A stretch of DNA of 32,000 nucleotides from Prochlorococcus sp. MIT 0801 (GCF_000757865.1 NZ_CP007754.1:390001-422000); one strand, 5' to 3'. Positions 7,000-17,017 are shown, numbered from the stretch's first letter. Notes: generated from the letters alone by a model not told the origin. Numbers and translations are program-made.

Positions 7000-7356
7000 T
7001 CAATAGTTCGTCTCACGAGAGAGCAAAATGTCTGATGACATATCCTCAATGAGAATTCCTCCCATCCAACTTTTGGCTATTACTTTTAGTGGGTATTTCT
7101 CGTTGCTACCGCTGCGGTGATCTTGCAAAAGTCCTTGGATATACAGATCAATTGCTTCTAGGAAGATTTAAGGTGGTTTTAGATCAAGTTTTGAGGGTGC
7201 CTGGAGGGAACTTTAAACAGCATTTGCCAATAGTTTTGCACCGGCCCTAGAGCTATAGTTTTTGGATGTTTGGCCTTGATATTTATTCTTCCGAATCAGT
7301 TCTTGCCAGTCACTTCCACTTCTTCTAATCGTTGCCTTTATTTGGGTTGCATCAGG
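7000..7356 (-). pseudogene. decayed tyrosine recombinase (phage-type integrase) C-terminal region
   Basis: One minus-strand frame reads PDATQIKATIRRSGSDWQELIRKNKYQGQTSKNYSSRAGAKLLANAV*SSLQAPSKLDLKPP*IFLEAIDLYIQGLLQDHRSGSNEKYPLKVIAKSW...NY*. The segment LDLKPP-IFLEA-DLYIQGLL-DH-S---EKY lines up with the integrase box II pattern [27 protein letters not shown]. There are two in-frame stops (7213-7215, 7168-7170) and an obviously shortened core. Confidence 0.4.
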
Positions 7357-7372
7357 TCAGATGCAACCCAAA
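7341..7372. repeat. perfect 13-bp inverted repeat with a 6-nt loop
   Basis: TTTGGGTTGCATC-aggtca-GATGCAACCCAAA. No U-tract on either strand. It lies 107 nt from the tRNA-Thr 3' end, at the 5' edge of the recombinase relic. Confidence 0.8.
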
Positions 7373-7478
7373 CAAATGGTCAAAAAACATCAAAAGTGGA
7401 CCCGAAATTGGACGCCCACCTTCTAAGATTTGCGATCTTAGTGCCTTAGATCGCTTGACTTGGCTCAGCTTCCGACGA

Positions 7479-7647
<169 letters not shown>

Positions 7648-7752
7648 CCACTTGATGAGATTAACAGTAAATGGCGCCACTTTTCTCTAATTTGTTGGTC
7701 CTATGTGGTTGGAATCGATACGATCAAGAAAGATATTTACTTTGAAAGGAAG

Positions 7753-8190
7753 ATGGATCTTTTACTTATTAATGGCCCTAATTTGAATCTTGTTGGAAAA
7801 AGAGAACCATCCATATATGGCGCGCAAACTTTAGAGGACATTCAAGAAGACCTATTAACTTCAGCTATTGATCTTGATGTAAAGCTCAAATTCTTTCAAA
7901 GTAATTCAGAAGGCGACATGATTGATTGCATTCAAAAGAGCGTTGGTTCTATTGACGGAATATTGATTAATGCAGGTGCTTATACACATACTTCTATTGC
8001 TCTAAGAGATGCTTTATTAGGAGTTGCTATTCCTTATGTGGAAGTACATTTAAGTAATATTTATTCTAGGGAAGAATTTCGCCATAAATCATTCCTTTCA
8101 GATAAAGCATTGGGTTTGGTTTGTGGCTTTGGAGCAAATAGTTATCAACTTGCTCTAGAGGGGATAGTTTCTTATTTAAAGCGAGTCTAA
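7753..8190 (+). CDS. aroQ: 3-dehydroquinate dehydratase, type II
   Basis: [33 protein letters not shown] and [21 protein letters not shown] at 7753 ([12 protein letters not shown]) with GAAAGGAAG upstream is preferred over the GTG at 7705. Confidence 0.9.
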   Translation: MDLLLINGPNLNLVGKREPSIYGAQTLEDIQEDLLTSAIDLDVKLKFFQSNSEGDMIDCIQKSVGSIDGILINAGAYTHTSIALRDALLGVAIPYVEVHLSNIYSREEFRHKSFLSDKALGLVCGFGANSYQLALEGIVSYLKRV

Positions 8191-8197
8191 AAAGATT

Positions 8198-8812
8198 ATG
8201 AATAATTCAAAATCTCAAGTTCCAGGGCAATCGAAGATTCGCTGGCTAAAAAATAAAACTTCTGAAGATTGGATAGATCTTGCAATTTCTAACCCAATGG
8301 AAATTCTTTTGGATCATGCACATTGTGAAAGAAAGGCTGCTGGAGTAGCTCTACAACTTATGTTTCGTTATGTTAGTGAACCTGGGCTTTCAGAGGTCCT
8401 AAGCCCATTAGCTCGAGAGGAGCTTGAACATTTTGAGATGGTTTTGTCTATTTTGAATGCGCGTGGAAAAAAACTTCAAAAATTAGCCTCACCACCCTAT
8501 GGAGCGACTCTGGCAAAAAACATTTGTAAAGATGAACCATTTCGTATGTTGGATAGCTTTCTGGTTGCAGGACTTATTGAGGCAAGGAGTCATGAAAGAA
8601 TGAAATTATTGTCTATTCATTCTCCTGATATAGAACTTCGTAATTTATACGCGGACTTACTAAAAAGCGAGGCTAGGCATTTTGGAATTTATTGGAAGTT
8701 AGCAGATGAACGCTTTGATCGAAATCTGCTTACTTCTAGGCTTGGAGAATTGGCTAAGGTTGAATCTGATGTTTTATTGGAAATGCATCATCAGCCAAGG
8801 ATGCATAGCTAA
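8198..8812 (+). CDS. miaE: tRNA-(ms2io6A37)-hydroxylase MiaE-like di-iron protein
   Basis: 204 aa. Ferritin-like motifs DHAHCERKAAG, EELEHF, EARSHERM and SEARHF are typical of MiaE. Confidence 0.8.
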   Translation: MNNSKSQVPGQSKIRWLKNKTSEDWIDLAISNPMEILLDHAHCERKAAGVALQLMFRYVSEPGLSEVLSPLAREELEHFEMVLSILNARGKKLQKLASPPYGATLAKNICKDEPFRMLDSFLVAGLIEARSHERMKLLSIHSPDIELRNLYADLLKSEARHFGIYWKLADERFDRNLLTSRLGELAKVESDVLLEMHHQPRMHS

Positions 8813-8848
8813 TTATCTCTTTTAAGGAGAAGAAGTTTACCCAATCAA

Positions 8849-9577
8849 ATGAAAGCTTTGACTATTGCTGGCGTAGGACCAGGTGATCCCTCTTTGTTAA
8901 CTTTGGCAGCAGTTGAGGCCATTCAAGAATCAACAGTTGTTTCTTATCCAGTCTCTACTAGAGAAGGAGACAGTCTTGCTGAAAAAATTGCTTCAAAATG
9001 GATAACCAAAGATAAAAAAAAATTACCTTTGCATTTTCCGATGGTTGATGATCAGAACACTTTAAAAAGTGCCTGGCGAGTTGCTGGCAATGAATTAATG
9101 AAGATGGTTGAGAAAGGTGAAAGAGTCGTTTTCCTTGCTCAAGGAGATATCTCGCTTTTTTCGACAGGCTCTTATCTTTTAAAGGAGTTAGAAAAATATC
9201 ATCCAAAATGTATTGTTAATTTAATTCCAGGTGTGACATCTTTTTCTGCAGCTGCCGCGATAAGCAGATTACCACTTGCTTTTCAAGAGGAACAATTACT
9301 TGTATTACCAGTTCCAGGATCATATGAAGAATTAAAGGTTATTTTGTCTGATGCACCACATAAAAAAAAGGTAGTTGTGTTACTCAAGCTTGGTAAAAAA
9401 TGGCAATGGGTCAAACCTTTGCTTGAAGAACTTGATTTAATAAAAAAGGCTATATTCGCTGAAAGAATAGGATCTTCAGATCAACAAATCCTTAGAGCAT
9501 CTGATTTATCCTCTGGTAAAAGGCCATATTTTTCTTTACTGTTAATTCGACAAAGTTGGCCTTTGACAATGCCCTGA
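8849..9577 (+). CDS. cobI: precorrin-2 C20-methyltransferase (CobI/CbiL)
   Basis: N-terminal AGVGPGDPSLLTLAAVEAI tetrapyrrole methylase motif. 242 aa, with GDISLFST and IPGVTSFSAAAA. Confidence 0.85.
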   Translation: MKALTIAGVGPGDPSLLTLAAVEAIQESTVVSYPVSTREGDSLAEKIASKWITKDKKKLPLHFPMVDDQNTLKSAWRVAGNELMKMVEKGERVVFLAQGDISLFSTGSYLLKELEKYHPKCIVNLIPGVTSFSAAAAISRLPLAFQEEQLLVLPVPGSYEELKVILSDAPHKKKVVVLLKLGKKWQWVKPLLEELDLIKKAIFAERIGSSDQQILRASDLSSGKRPYFSLLLIRQSWPLTMP

Positions 9578-9583
9578 AATTTC

Positions 9584-10576
9584 TTAGTTGAATTTAAGCA
9601 GTTTGTCTTCGAGTAGTTTGATTGCGTCTTTTGGTGTGTTTGCTCTAACTAATTTATGACGAAGAGTAGATGCACCCTCAAAACCTCTGCAAGTCCAATT
9701 CATATGTTTCCTAGCAATCAAAAGTCCATGATTCCCTTTTTTTGAAACGAGTAATTTTAGGTGCTCTAAAGATAAGCTCACTTTCATCTTTGCGTCAGGT
9801 GGTTTAAAAGTTTTTTGGTTTTTAATGTCTTCATTAATTTGCCCAACCAGCCATGGAGCGCCCATACTTGCCCTTCCTATCATCACCCCATCGGCTTTCG
9901 TAATTTCTAGGCATTTAATAGCATCTTGAGAGTTTTTAATATCACCATTAGCTATTACAGGTATATCTAATGACTTTTTTATTTTTGATATAGCTTCCCA
10001 GTTTGCAAAACCAGAAAACCCTTGCCTTCTCGTTCGTCCATGAACTGTTATGAGTTGTGCTCCAGCCTCTTGTAACCCTAAAGCAAAAGATACTGGATCA
10101 CTTGTAGTCTCACACCAACCCAACCTTATTTTTACTGTTAATGGAATTGATATTGCTTTTGAAACTTTTTTGACGATTAATTGAGCAAGCTCTGGTTCTT
10201 TTAATAGAGCACTTCCTCCTCCTTTTCGGGCAATTTTTTTTACAGGACAACCCATATTGATATCTATAAGAAATGCACCAGATGATTCGGCTTTGATAGC
10301 AGCATCTATCATTGAATCTGGCCTGTGGTCAAAAAGTTGAACACCAATTGGACCATTTTCCTCTGAAAGCTCAATTACTTTCTCTTCCCCATGACCTAAT
10401 TCAAGACTTTTAGCATTTACCATTTCGGTAAAAAGTAAAGCTTTTGGGGCCCATCTACGAACAAAGTTCCTGAATATTTGATCGCTTACTCCTGCAAGTG
10501 GGGACTGAATAACCGGACACTCTAAAGATCTAGGAGTCCCATTGCCTGGCAAAAAAATCGGAGATAACTCTTTCAT
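9584..10576 (-). CDS. dus: tRNA-dihydrouridine synthase
   Basis: LAGVSDQIFRNFVRRW, IDINMGCPVKKI, GGGSALL, TVHGRTR. 330 aa. Confidence 0.9.
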   Translation of the reverse strand: MKELSPIFLPGNGTPRSLECPVIQSPLAGVSDQIFRNFVRRWAPKALLFTEMVNAKSLELGHGEEKVIELSEENGPIGVQLFDHRPDSMIDAAIKAESSGAFLIDINMGCPVKKIARKGGGSALLKEPELAQLIVKKVSKAISIPLTVKIRLGWCETTSDPVSFALGLQEAGAQLITVHGRTRRQGFSGFANWEAISKIKKSLDIPVIANGDIKNSQDAIKCLEITKADGVMIGRASMGAPWLVGQINEDIKNQKTFKPPDAKMKVSLSLEHLKLLVSKKGNHGLLIARKHMNWTCRGFEGASTLRHKLVRANTPKDAIKLLEDKLLKFN

Positions 10577-10903
10577 TTTTAGAGTTACATTATATTTATT
10601 TCAGTCATTACAAAAAGACAAAGTTGTATTTGTTTCGCTGATTTGTGAAAATAAGCAAAAAATACTTATTGATGCTTTTAAGGAAATTGGAACTTGAAGA
10701 AAAGCTATGAAAACCAGAAGTATTGCTACTAAAGATGGTTTGGTAGTTGATGAATCCCTATCTTTTCTGGTCAATCTTTTTATGGAAGTTTGATTTCTAA
10801 ATTTCATTTTGGAATAGAACTCTTTGCTCATACTTGTAGTATGAAGAATTAATCTTAATTTTGACCTATAAAGGGTCAATAATCTCATGAAAGGTAGAGA
10901 AAT

Positions 10904-12274
10904 TTGGCTTTACCAATAGTCGCAATAATTGGACGCCCAAATGTTGGGAAATCTACATTGGTGAATCGCTTATGTCAGAGTAGAGAAGCCATTGTTCATG
11001 ATGAGCCAGGGGTAACGAGAGATCGAACTTATCAAGATGGATTCTGGAGGGACAGAGATTTTAAAGTTGTGGATACTGGAGGGCTTGTTTTTGATGACGA
11101 TAGTGAGTTCCTTCCTGAAATTAGAGAGCAAGCTAATCTTGCGCTTGAAGAAGCCGTAGTCTCATTAGTAATTGTTGATGGCCAGGAGGGAATCACTACC
11201 GCTGATGAATCGATTGCGGAATTTTTAAGGTCTCATTCCTGCAAAACAGTCGTGGTGGTTAATAAATGTGAATCTCCCGAACAAGGGTTATCAATGGCAG
11301 CTGAATTTTGGAAGCTTGGTCTTGGTGAGCCCTATCCGATCTCCGCTATACATGGAGTAGGTACAGGCGATCTGCTTGATCATGTGGTCAATTTGTTTCC
11401 ATCTAAAGATTTAGATAAAGTTAGTGATTCTCCTGTTCAATTGGCAATTATTGGGAGACCAAATGTAGGCAAGTCAAGTCTTCTTAATTCTATTTGTGGA
11501 GAAACAAGGGCGATTGTTAGTTCTATTATGGGTACAACTCGAGATACGATTGATACTCGAATTACTCATCAAGGTAAGGAATGGAAATTAGTTGATACGG
11601 CGGGAATACGTAGACGTAGAAGTGTTAATTATGGCCCAGAATTTTTCGGTATTAATCGCAGTTTTAAGGCGATAGAAAGAAGTGATGTCTGTGTGTTGGT
11701 TATAGATGCTTTGGACGGTGTCACAGAACAAGATCAAAGGCTTGCAGGTAGAATTGAGCAGGAAGGAAGAGCTTGTTTGATAGTTGTTAACAAATGGGAT
11801 GCTGTAGAAAAAGATAGTCATACAATGTCTGCAATGGAAAAAGACATTCGTTCAAAATTATATTTTCTCGATTGGGCCGAGATGATCTTTACATCAGCAC
11901 TTACGGGACAAAGAGTAGAAGGCATTTTTGCATTAGCTACTGTGGCAGTTGATCAGAGTAGAAGAAGGGTAACTACATCAGTTGTTAATGAGGTGCTGAC
12001 TGAGGCATTAAAATGGAGAAGTCCCCCTACAACAAGAGGTGGGAAGCAAGGGCGTCTTTATTACGGTACTCAAGTAGCTATTAATCCTCCAAGTTTTACT
12101 CTTTTCGTGAATGAACCAAAATTGTTTGGGGAAACTTATCGAAGATATGTTGAGAGACAAATTAGAGAGGGTCTTGGTTTTGAAGGGACTCCTATAAAAT
12201 TATTTTGGAGAGGGAAGCAGCAACGCGATGTCGAAAAAGATTTAGCACGCCAACAGAGAGGGGGCCGAAATTAG
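10904..12274 (+). CDS. der: ribosome-associated GTPase Der (EngA), double GTPase domain
   Basis: Two G domains: [22 protein letters not shown] and [21 protein letters not shown]-terminal KH-like domain. TTG start. Confidence 0.95.
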   Translation: MALPIVAIIGRPNVGKSTLVNRLCQSREAIVHDEPGVTRDRTYQDGFWRDRDFKVVDTGGLVFDDDSEFLPEIREQANLALEEAVVSLVIVDGQEGITTADESIAEFLRSHSCKTVVVVNKCESPEQGLSMAAEFWKLGLGEPYPISAIHGVGTGDLLDHVVNLFPSKDLDKVSDSPVQLAIIGRPNVGKSSLLNSICGETRAIVSSIMGTTRDTIDTRITHQGKEWKLVDTAGIRRRRSVNYGPEFFGINRSFKAIERSDVCVLVIDALDGVTEQDQRLAGRIEQEGRACLIVVNKWDAVEKDSHTMSAMEKDIRSKLYFLDWAEMIFTSALTGQRVEGIFALATVAVDQSRRRVTTSVVNEVLTEALKWRSPPTTRGGKQGRLYYGTQVAINPPSFTLFVNEPKLFGETYRRYVERQIREGLGFEGTPIKLFWRGKQQRDVEKDLARQQRGGRN

Positions 12275-12283
12275 TAATTATTT

Positions 12284-13198
12284 ATGGATTGGCTAAAAAA
12301 GATTCCAATTGGTCAATATGTCTCTGGCAAATCTAGCTGGCTTCGGAATATTGATCCTCGGATTAAACTCTCTTGGATCTTGTTGTTTTTGTTGACTCCG
12401 GTTTTAGCTAATTCCCTTTGGAGAATTTCAACAGTTTTTGTTCTTTTATTGATTACATTTTTTAGTTTCCTCCCTCCACGTATTTGGTGGCGGTCTCTAG
12501 TCTTTTTATTGGCGTTTTCTTTGATTATTGGATCCTTATCGATTGTTTTACCTGCTAGTCAATCATCCTTTGAATTGCCTATAAGAGCATCTAATGAAAT
12601 ACCTGGTGCAATTGTGTTGACTAGATCATGGGAGATTTTCAGATTGGGACCATTTAACTTCGGGGGGATTTCATTAGGACCATTGATTGTGGATCGCCGC
12701 TCTGCCGAGTTAGGTATTAAAACTTCGACCTTGATTTTTACTGTTATTCACAGTGTGAATTTGATGTTAATTACAACACCTCCTGAAGACCTTGTATGGT
12801 CAATAAGGTGGTTTTTTGCACCTTTAACTTTATTGGGATTTCCTTTAGAAAAGCTATCCTTTCAACTGCTTTTAGCTTTACGATTTTTACCTTTAGTTCA
12901 AGAAGAGCTCCAAAATCTCTTTCGCTCAATAGGAGTGAGGGCAATTGATTTTAAAAAATTAGGACTTAAAAGTTCATTGGGTTTATTTGTGACTTTAGGT
13001 GAAAGACTTTTATCAAATATCTTGCTTAGAGCAGAACAAGGGGCTGATTCTTTAATGTCAAGGCAGGGGCTTTGGCTATCTTCAGAACAACTAAGATCAA
13101 GCATTGTGCTTAATCCTAAATATTTGTGGGTTAATACAAGTTCGATTTTTTTGCTTTTGATAGCTATTGGCTTGCGTTGTATGTATGGTACGTCTTAA
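12284..13198 (+). CDS. cbiQ: ECF-transporter transmembrane (T) component, CbiQ family
   Basis: 304 aa, polytopic. The LALRFLPLVQEELQNLFRSIGVRAID motif resembles the EcfT/CbiQ signature. It follows der, as in other picocyanobacteria (recalled synteny). Confidence 0.7.
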   Translation: MDWLKKIPIGQYVSGKSSWLRNIDPRIKLSWILLFLLTPVLANSLWRISTVFVLLLITFFSFLPPRIWWRSLVFLLAFSLIIGSLSIVLPASQSSFELPIRASNEIPGAIVLTRSWEIFRLGPFNFGGISLGPLIVDRRSAELGIKTSTLIFTVIHSVNLMLITTPPEDLVWSIRWFFAPLTLLGFPLEKLSFQLLLALRFLPLVQEELQNLFRSIGVRAIDFKKLGLKSSLGLFVTLGERLLSNILLRAEQGADSLMSRQGLWLSSEQLRSSIVLNPKYLWVNTSSIFLLLIAIGLRCMYGTS

Positions 13199-13214
13199 TT
13201 AAAAAAAATCAGAT

Positions 13215-13481
13215 TTGAACGCTGAGCGCTATCTAAATCATCCAACTTTTGGCATGCTATATCTAGTGTCACCAGCAAGTAATGGTAGAGACGTATATGC
13301 AACGCTATATGCACAGAAAATATTTTTTTTAGTTACTTTGCAACCACGGGGAGCAACTTTTGAAGTGATTCCATATATGGATGCTCGACATTATTCGGAA
13401 ATGCATATGGCTAAATGTAGACGAGAAAAATCCTCAGATATGGACGTTTGGCAAGAACTATTTAATCAAACTTTTATGTAA
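13215..13481 (+). CDS. pipX: PII-interacting protein PipX
   Basis: The N-terminus ERYLNHPTFGMLYLV, then ATLYAQKIFFLV and the ending NQTFM closely match the PipX pattern (YLNHPTFGLLY...ATLYAQRLFFLV...KQTFL). 88 aa, TTG start. Confidence 0.85.
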   Translation: MNAERYLNHPTFGMLYLVSPASNGRDVYATLYAQKIFFLVTLQPRGATFEVIPYMDARHYSEMHMAKCRREKSSDMDVWQELFNQTFM

Positions 13482-13492
13482 CTCTATTTGAC

Positions 13493-14143
13493 TTGATTTT
13501 GACTGGCTCTAATGAATTTAAGATAATTAAAGACTCATTACCCCTTGGGGTAAATTTACTTGCTGTAAGCAAGGGGCATGAGCATGAATCGATACGTAAA
13601 CTTTCTGGTTATGGACAGTTGGATTTTGGAGAAAGTCGTTTGCAAGAGGCTATCCCTAAAAAAATCTATCTAAGTGATCTAAAGCAACTGAGATGGCATT
13701 TTGTTGGAACATTGCAAAAAAATAAAGTTAGAGGAGTTATTAAAGCATTTGACTTTATTCATTCTGTTGACTCATTGCCTTTGCTTGAAAGAATTTCAAG
13801 AATTTCACAAGAAGAGCAAAAATCTCCGAATGTATTTTTACAAGTAAAATTTAAAAATGACCCCAACAAGGGTGGATTTTTAAAAGAAGATCTTTTGAAA
13901 AGTTGGTCTAAGATTATTTCTTTAAAGAATATTAATTTGATTGGATTAATGACAATTCCACCAATAGTTCTTAATTCCTATCAAAGAAAAGATTTGTTTT
14001 GCGAATGTAGGAATTTTGCAAATCATTTGGGATTAAAGGATTGCTCAATGGGAATGAGCAATGATTGGCAAGAAGCTATTCAAGGTGGTGCTACTTGGAT
14101 TCGATTGGGATCTCTTTTGTTTGGTAAACGTCACAATAGATAA
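13493..14143 (+). CDS. pipY: YggS/PipY-family PLP-binding (PLP homeostasis) protein
   Basis: LLAVSKG (PLP Lys), WHFVGTLQKNKV, HSVDS, LMTIPP. Sits immediately downstream of pipX, as in the known cyanobacterial pipXY operon. Confidence 0.85.
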   Translation: MILTGSNEFKIIKDSLPLGVNLLAVSKGHEHESIRKLSGYGQLDFGESRLQEAIPKKIYLSDLKQLRWHFVGTLQKNKVRGVIKAFDFIHSVDSLPLLERISRISQEEQKSPNVFLQVKFKNDPNKGGFLKEDLLKSWSKIISLKNINLIGLMTIPPIVLNSYQRKDLFCECRNFANHLGLKDCSMGMSNDWQEAIQGGATWIRLGSLLFGKRHNR

Positions 14144-14295
14144 ATTGTCGAAGATATGAAAAAAACAATAAAAAAGCTTGCCCCATAAGTTAAGGAACGT
14201 TATTTAAGTATATGGTTCATCCTTCATGTTGTTGAAGATGCATCGACTGTTGGCTTATCCAACTTTTTAACAAATCATCCCGAGAGGATTAACTG

Positions 14296-14871
14296 GTGTC
14301 GCTTATTTCCCGTCTTCGTGCTGTCGTCGCTGGCGATGACTTTTTAGATAGTGATTTTGATGAGCTCGATTACGAAACAAGTGATGACTTTGAGAATTTC
14401 AATAGAGGCAATAAAGAAGGAAGTGCAGAAATGGCGACCATCTCTCAGACCAATCCTTTTGATGGAAGGGGTGGTTTCCCTTCCTCAAACGTTATTGGTA
14501 TGCCTGGAATCTCAACAAATGATTCTGAAGTTAGTTTGATGGAACCCCGAAGCTTTGATGAAATGCCAAGAGTAATCCAAGCTTTGAGGGAGCGTAAAAC
14601 AGTTATCTTAAATCTCACAATGATGGAGCCTGATCAGGCTCAAAGAGCAGTTGATTTTGTCGCAGGAGGAACGTTTGCTATCGATGGACATCAAGAAAGA
14701 GTCGGAGAGAGTATTTTTCTTTTTGCACCTTCTTGCGTAACAGTAACTAATTCTTTTCAAGAGGAAGCTTCTCCTTCAAGTATGAGTAATAAAGGTAATG
14801 ATTTGATTTCCAAGGAAACCTCTCCTGCTCCAGAGCCAGCTTGGGGGGAGACAGTGGCTACTGCTCTGTGA
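14296..14871 (+). CDS. sepF: cell-division protein SepF
   Basis: [62 protein letters not shown] is the SepF core. GTG start. Confidence 0.9.
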   Translation: MSLISRLRAVVAGDDFLDSDFDELDYETSDDFENFNRGNKEGSAEMATISQTNPFDGRGGFPSSNVIGMPGISTNDSEVSLMEPRSFDEMPRVIQALRERKTVILNLTMMEPDQAQRAVDFVAGGTFAIDGHQERVGESIFLFAPSCVTVTNSFQEEASPSSMSNKGNDLISKETSPAPEPAWGETVATAL

Positions 14872-14884
14872 ATGATTAAATAGA

Positions 14885-15727
14885 TTGGAAATTTCTATTG
14901 GGATAATTGGCCTTGGCAGTATGGCTAAGGCTATTGTTTCTCCTCTTTTGGAGAGAGGGGAATATCATCCTCAACATGTTTTAGGAATTGTTCGTAGGAG
15001 CTCAAGTATTGTATCTGCATTGAATGATCTTCCAAAGGAAGTAAAAGTAGTATCTAGCCAAGATTCTTTGTCTAAAGAAGTATGGAAAGCCCCTTTGAAA
15101 ATATTGGCTGTAAAACCTCAACAACTCAGCCAAATCAAGGAATCTGTTTCATCATTTCAGTCGAATGATCAGTTTCCTAAACCGTTATTAATTTCAGTGT
15201 TAGCTGGCATAACCTTGAAAAGGCTTAAGAAAGCTTTTCCTAGGCACACATGTGTAAGAGCAGTACCCAATACCCCTTCTCTTGTCGGCCAAGGGCTTAC
15301 TGGTTTGGCCTGGCCAGATGATATGACTTTGGATCAAAAGCAAGTTGTTAGAAAGATTTTTGAACCTATTAGTGAAATTTACGAGTTAGAGGAGCAAAAG
15401 CTTGATTCTTTTTTGGCTTTAACTTCTTCAGGACCTGCCTATATAGCTTTAGTGGTTGAAGCAATGGCTGATGGGGCTGTGGCCGCAGGATTGCCACGAC
15501 ACTTATCCAATCAATTGGCTCACAAAACCCTTTCAGGCACAGCATCCTTGCTAAGAGAAAAAAGTTTGCATCCTGCTGAGCTTAAAGATATGGTCGCCTC
15601 TCCTGCAGGTACTACAATTAGTGCTCTTCGACACCTTGAACTTGCGGGCTTGAGATCCGCCTTGATTGAAGCAGTTGTTTTGGCAGCTCAGAAGAGTCGT
15701 CAATTGGCTGAAGAGGTTTCGAGTTAG
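14885..15727 (+). CDS. proC: pyrroline-5-carboxylate reductase
   Basis: RAVPNTPSLVGQG, SSGPAYIALVVEAMADGAVAAGLPR, ASPAGTTISALRHLE. TTG start. Confidence 0.9.
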   Translation: MEISIGIIGLGSMAKAIVSPLLERGEYHPQHVLGIVRRSSSIVSALNDLPKEVKVVSSQDSLSKEVWKAPLKILAVKPQQLSQIKESVSSFQSNDQFPKPLLISVLAGITLKRLKKAFPRHTCVRAVPNTPSLVGQGLTGLAWPDDMTLDQKQVVRKIFEPISEIYELEEQKLDSFLALTSSGPAYIALVVEAMADGAVAAGLPRHLSNQLAHKTLSGTASLLREKSLHPAELKDMVASPAGTTISALRHLELAGLRSALIEAVVLAAQKSRQLAEEVSS

Positions 15728-16892
15728 ATGACCTAAGAATATTTGCATATAGAGTTTCAAGTGAGTCAATATTTTGTTGAAGTGTATATTTTTCTTCTAC
15801 TCTCAAACGAGCACGTCTACCCAATTCGCGGGTTAGCACTGGTTGATCGCGTAAAACAGGCAATAGGGTCCTTAATTGAGAAGTAACCCCCTCAGTGTTA
15901 AGTATGATTCCTGCTCCATTTTTTAGAACTTCTCCATCTGCTCCAGCATCTGTCGCGACGCATGCTGTTCCAGTTGCCATGGCTTCGAGTAAAGCGATAG
16001 ATAGTCCCTCTACAAGACTTGGAAGTAAAAACACCTCAGCGATTTGGAGAAGAGCTACTCTTTTCTCTTGATCAGCTTCGTATCCCCACCAAATCACATT
16101 ATCTTCTTTATTAAAGGTTGAATGATTTTCGAGTGTTGGCCTAAGTGGTCCATCGCCTACTATTACTAGTCGACATCCTTTTGGCTGGACAAATCTCCAT
16201 GCACGTAATAAGGCTTCAACATTTTTTTCAGAAGCTATTCTACCCATATAGATAAATATTCTCTCAGAGCCGAGCTTTTCTCTTAATTCAAGTTGAAGCT
16301 CATTTTGTGAATTGCTTGGCTCAAGGGGGTTCCATTTCTTTATGTCAATTCCATTAGGGATTACTTCGAGTCTGCTTTTTTTAACTCCTAGTTTTGCGAG
16401 AACCTCTGCTTGCAAGTCTGAAAAAACAATGACTTTGTCATACTTAGCTAATGATGGTGCATAAAGTTGGTAGGTAAGTTGCTGTGTGTTTGCAGTTAGA
16501 TTTCTGAGCTTTGAATCGAAAGCGGGGTGAAAAGTTGCTATCAAGGGTAGATTAAGTTGATGACAAAGCTCAGGTAGTCGAAAATCCAATGGAGAGAGAG
16601 TTAGACTCGCATGTACTAAATCAGGTTTAAGTCTTGAGAGAGATTCTCTAAGCTCTCTTTGAGCATTTAAAGAAGGGATTGTATAAACCTGAGATTTTAT
16701 TAAATAAGGAAGACTTACATCAGGATCATTTGCTAGTAGGGAAGTTTTATTATTCCCATCTCTCATTGGGTTATCAAAGTGAATAAAACTGGTTTGATGT
16801 CCTCTTTCTCTAAGCTCTTCAGTAGTACTCAGTCCATAACAGACGTTCCCGCAAAAAGGTGTTTTTTTGCCTAGCCAGGCGATATGGGTCAA
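15618..16892 (-). CDS. group-1 (GT4-family) glycosyltransferase
   Basis: The GT-B C-terminal domain carries the E-x7-E region (PSLVEGLSIALLEAMATGTACVATDAGADGEVL). TTG start. The last ~36 codons overlap proC on the opposite strand. Confidence 0.85.
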   Translation of the reverse strand: MTHIAWLGKKTPFCGNVCYGLSTTEELRERGHQTSFIHFDNPMRDGNNKTSLLANDPDVSLPYLIKSQVYTIPSLNAQRELRESLSRLKPDLVHASLTLSPLDFRLPELCHQLNLPLIATFHPAFDSKLRNLTANTQQLTYQLYAPSLAKYDKVIVFSDLQAEVLAKLGVKKSRLEVIPNGIDIKKWNPLEPSNSQNELQLELREKLGSERIFIYMGRIASEKNVEALLRAWRFVQPKGCRLVIVGDGPLRPTLENHSTFNKEDNVIWWGYEADQEKRVALLQIAEVFLLPSLVEGLSIALLEAMATGTACVATDAGADGEVLKNGAGIILNTEGVTSQLRTLLPVLRDQPVLTRELGRRARLRVEEKYTLQQNIDSLETLYANILRSSNSKPLQPIDDSSELPKQLLQSRRISSPQVQGVEEH

Positions 16893-17017
16893 ACTCTAAA
16901 AAACCGGTATTTCAAACTAGCAGTTACCCTAAATTTCTTCTCAAAGTATTGTAATAGTTAATTAATTTATAAATAAAAATTCTTAACTATTAATTTTCCC
17001 CCAATTTATTGTCATAC

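Noticed and set aside
7705-7752. GTG-initiated 16-codon extension of aroQ
   Set aside because: Type II dehydroquinases start a few residues before the NGPNLN motif. The ATG at 7753 has a purine-rich stretch upstream.
10601-10888. 95-aa minus-strand ORF in the dus-der intergenic region
   Set aside because: It has one possible TM helix but no RBS, no recognisable family and an arbitrary start. It could be a small membrane protein, but I cannot support it from sequence alone.
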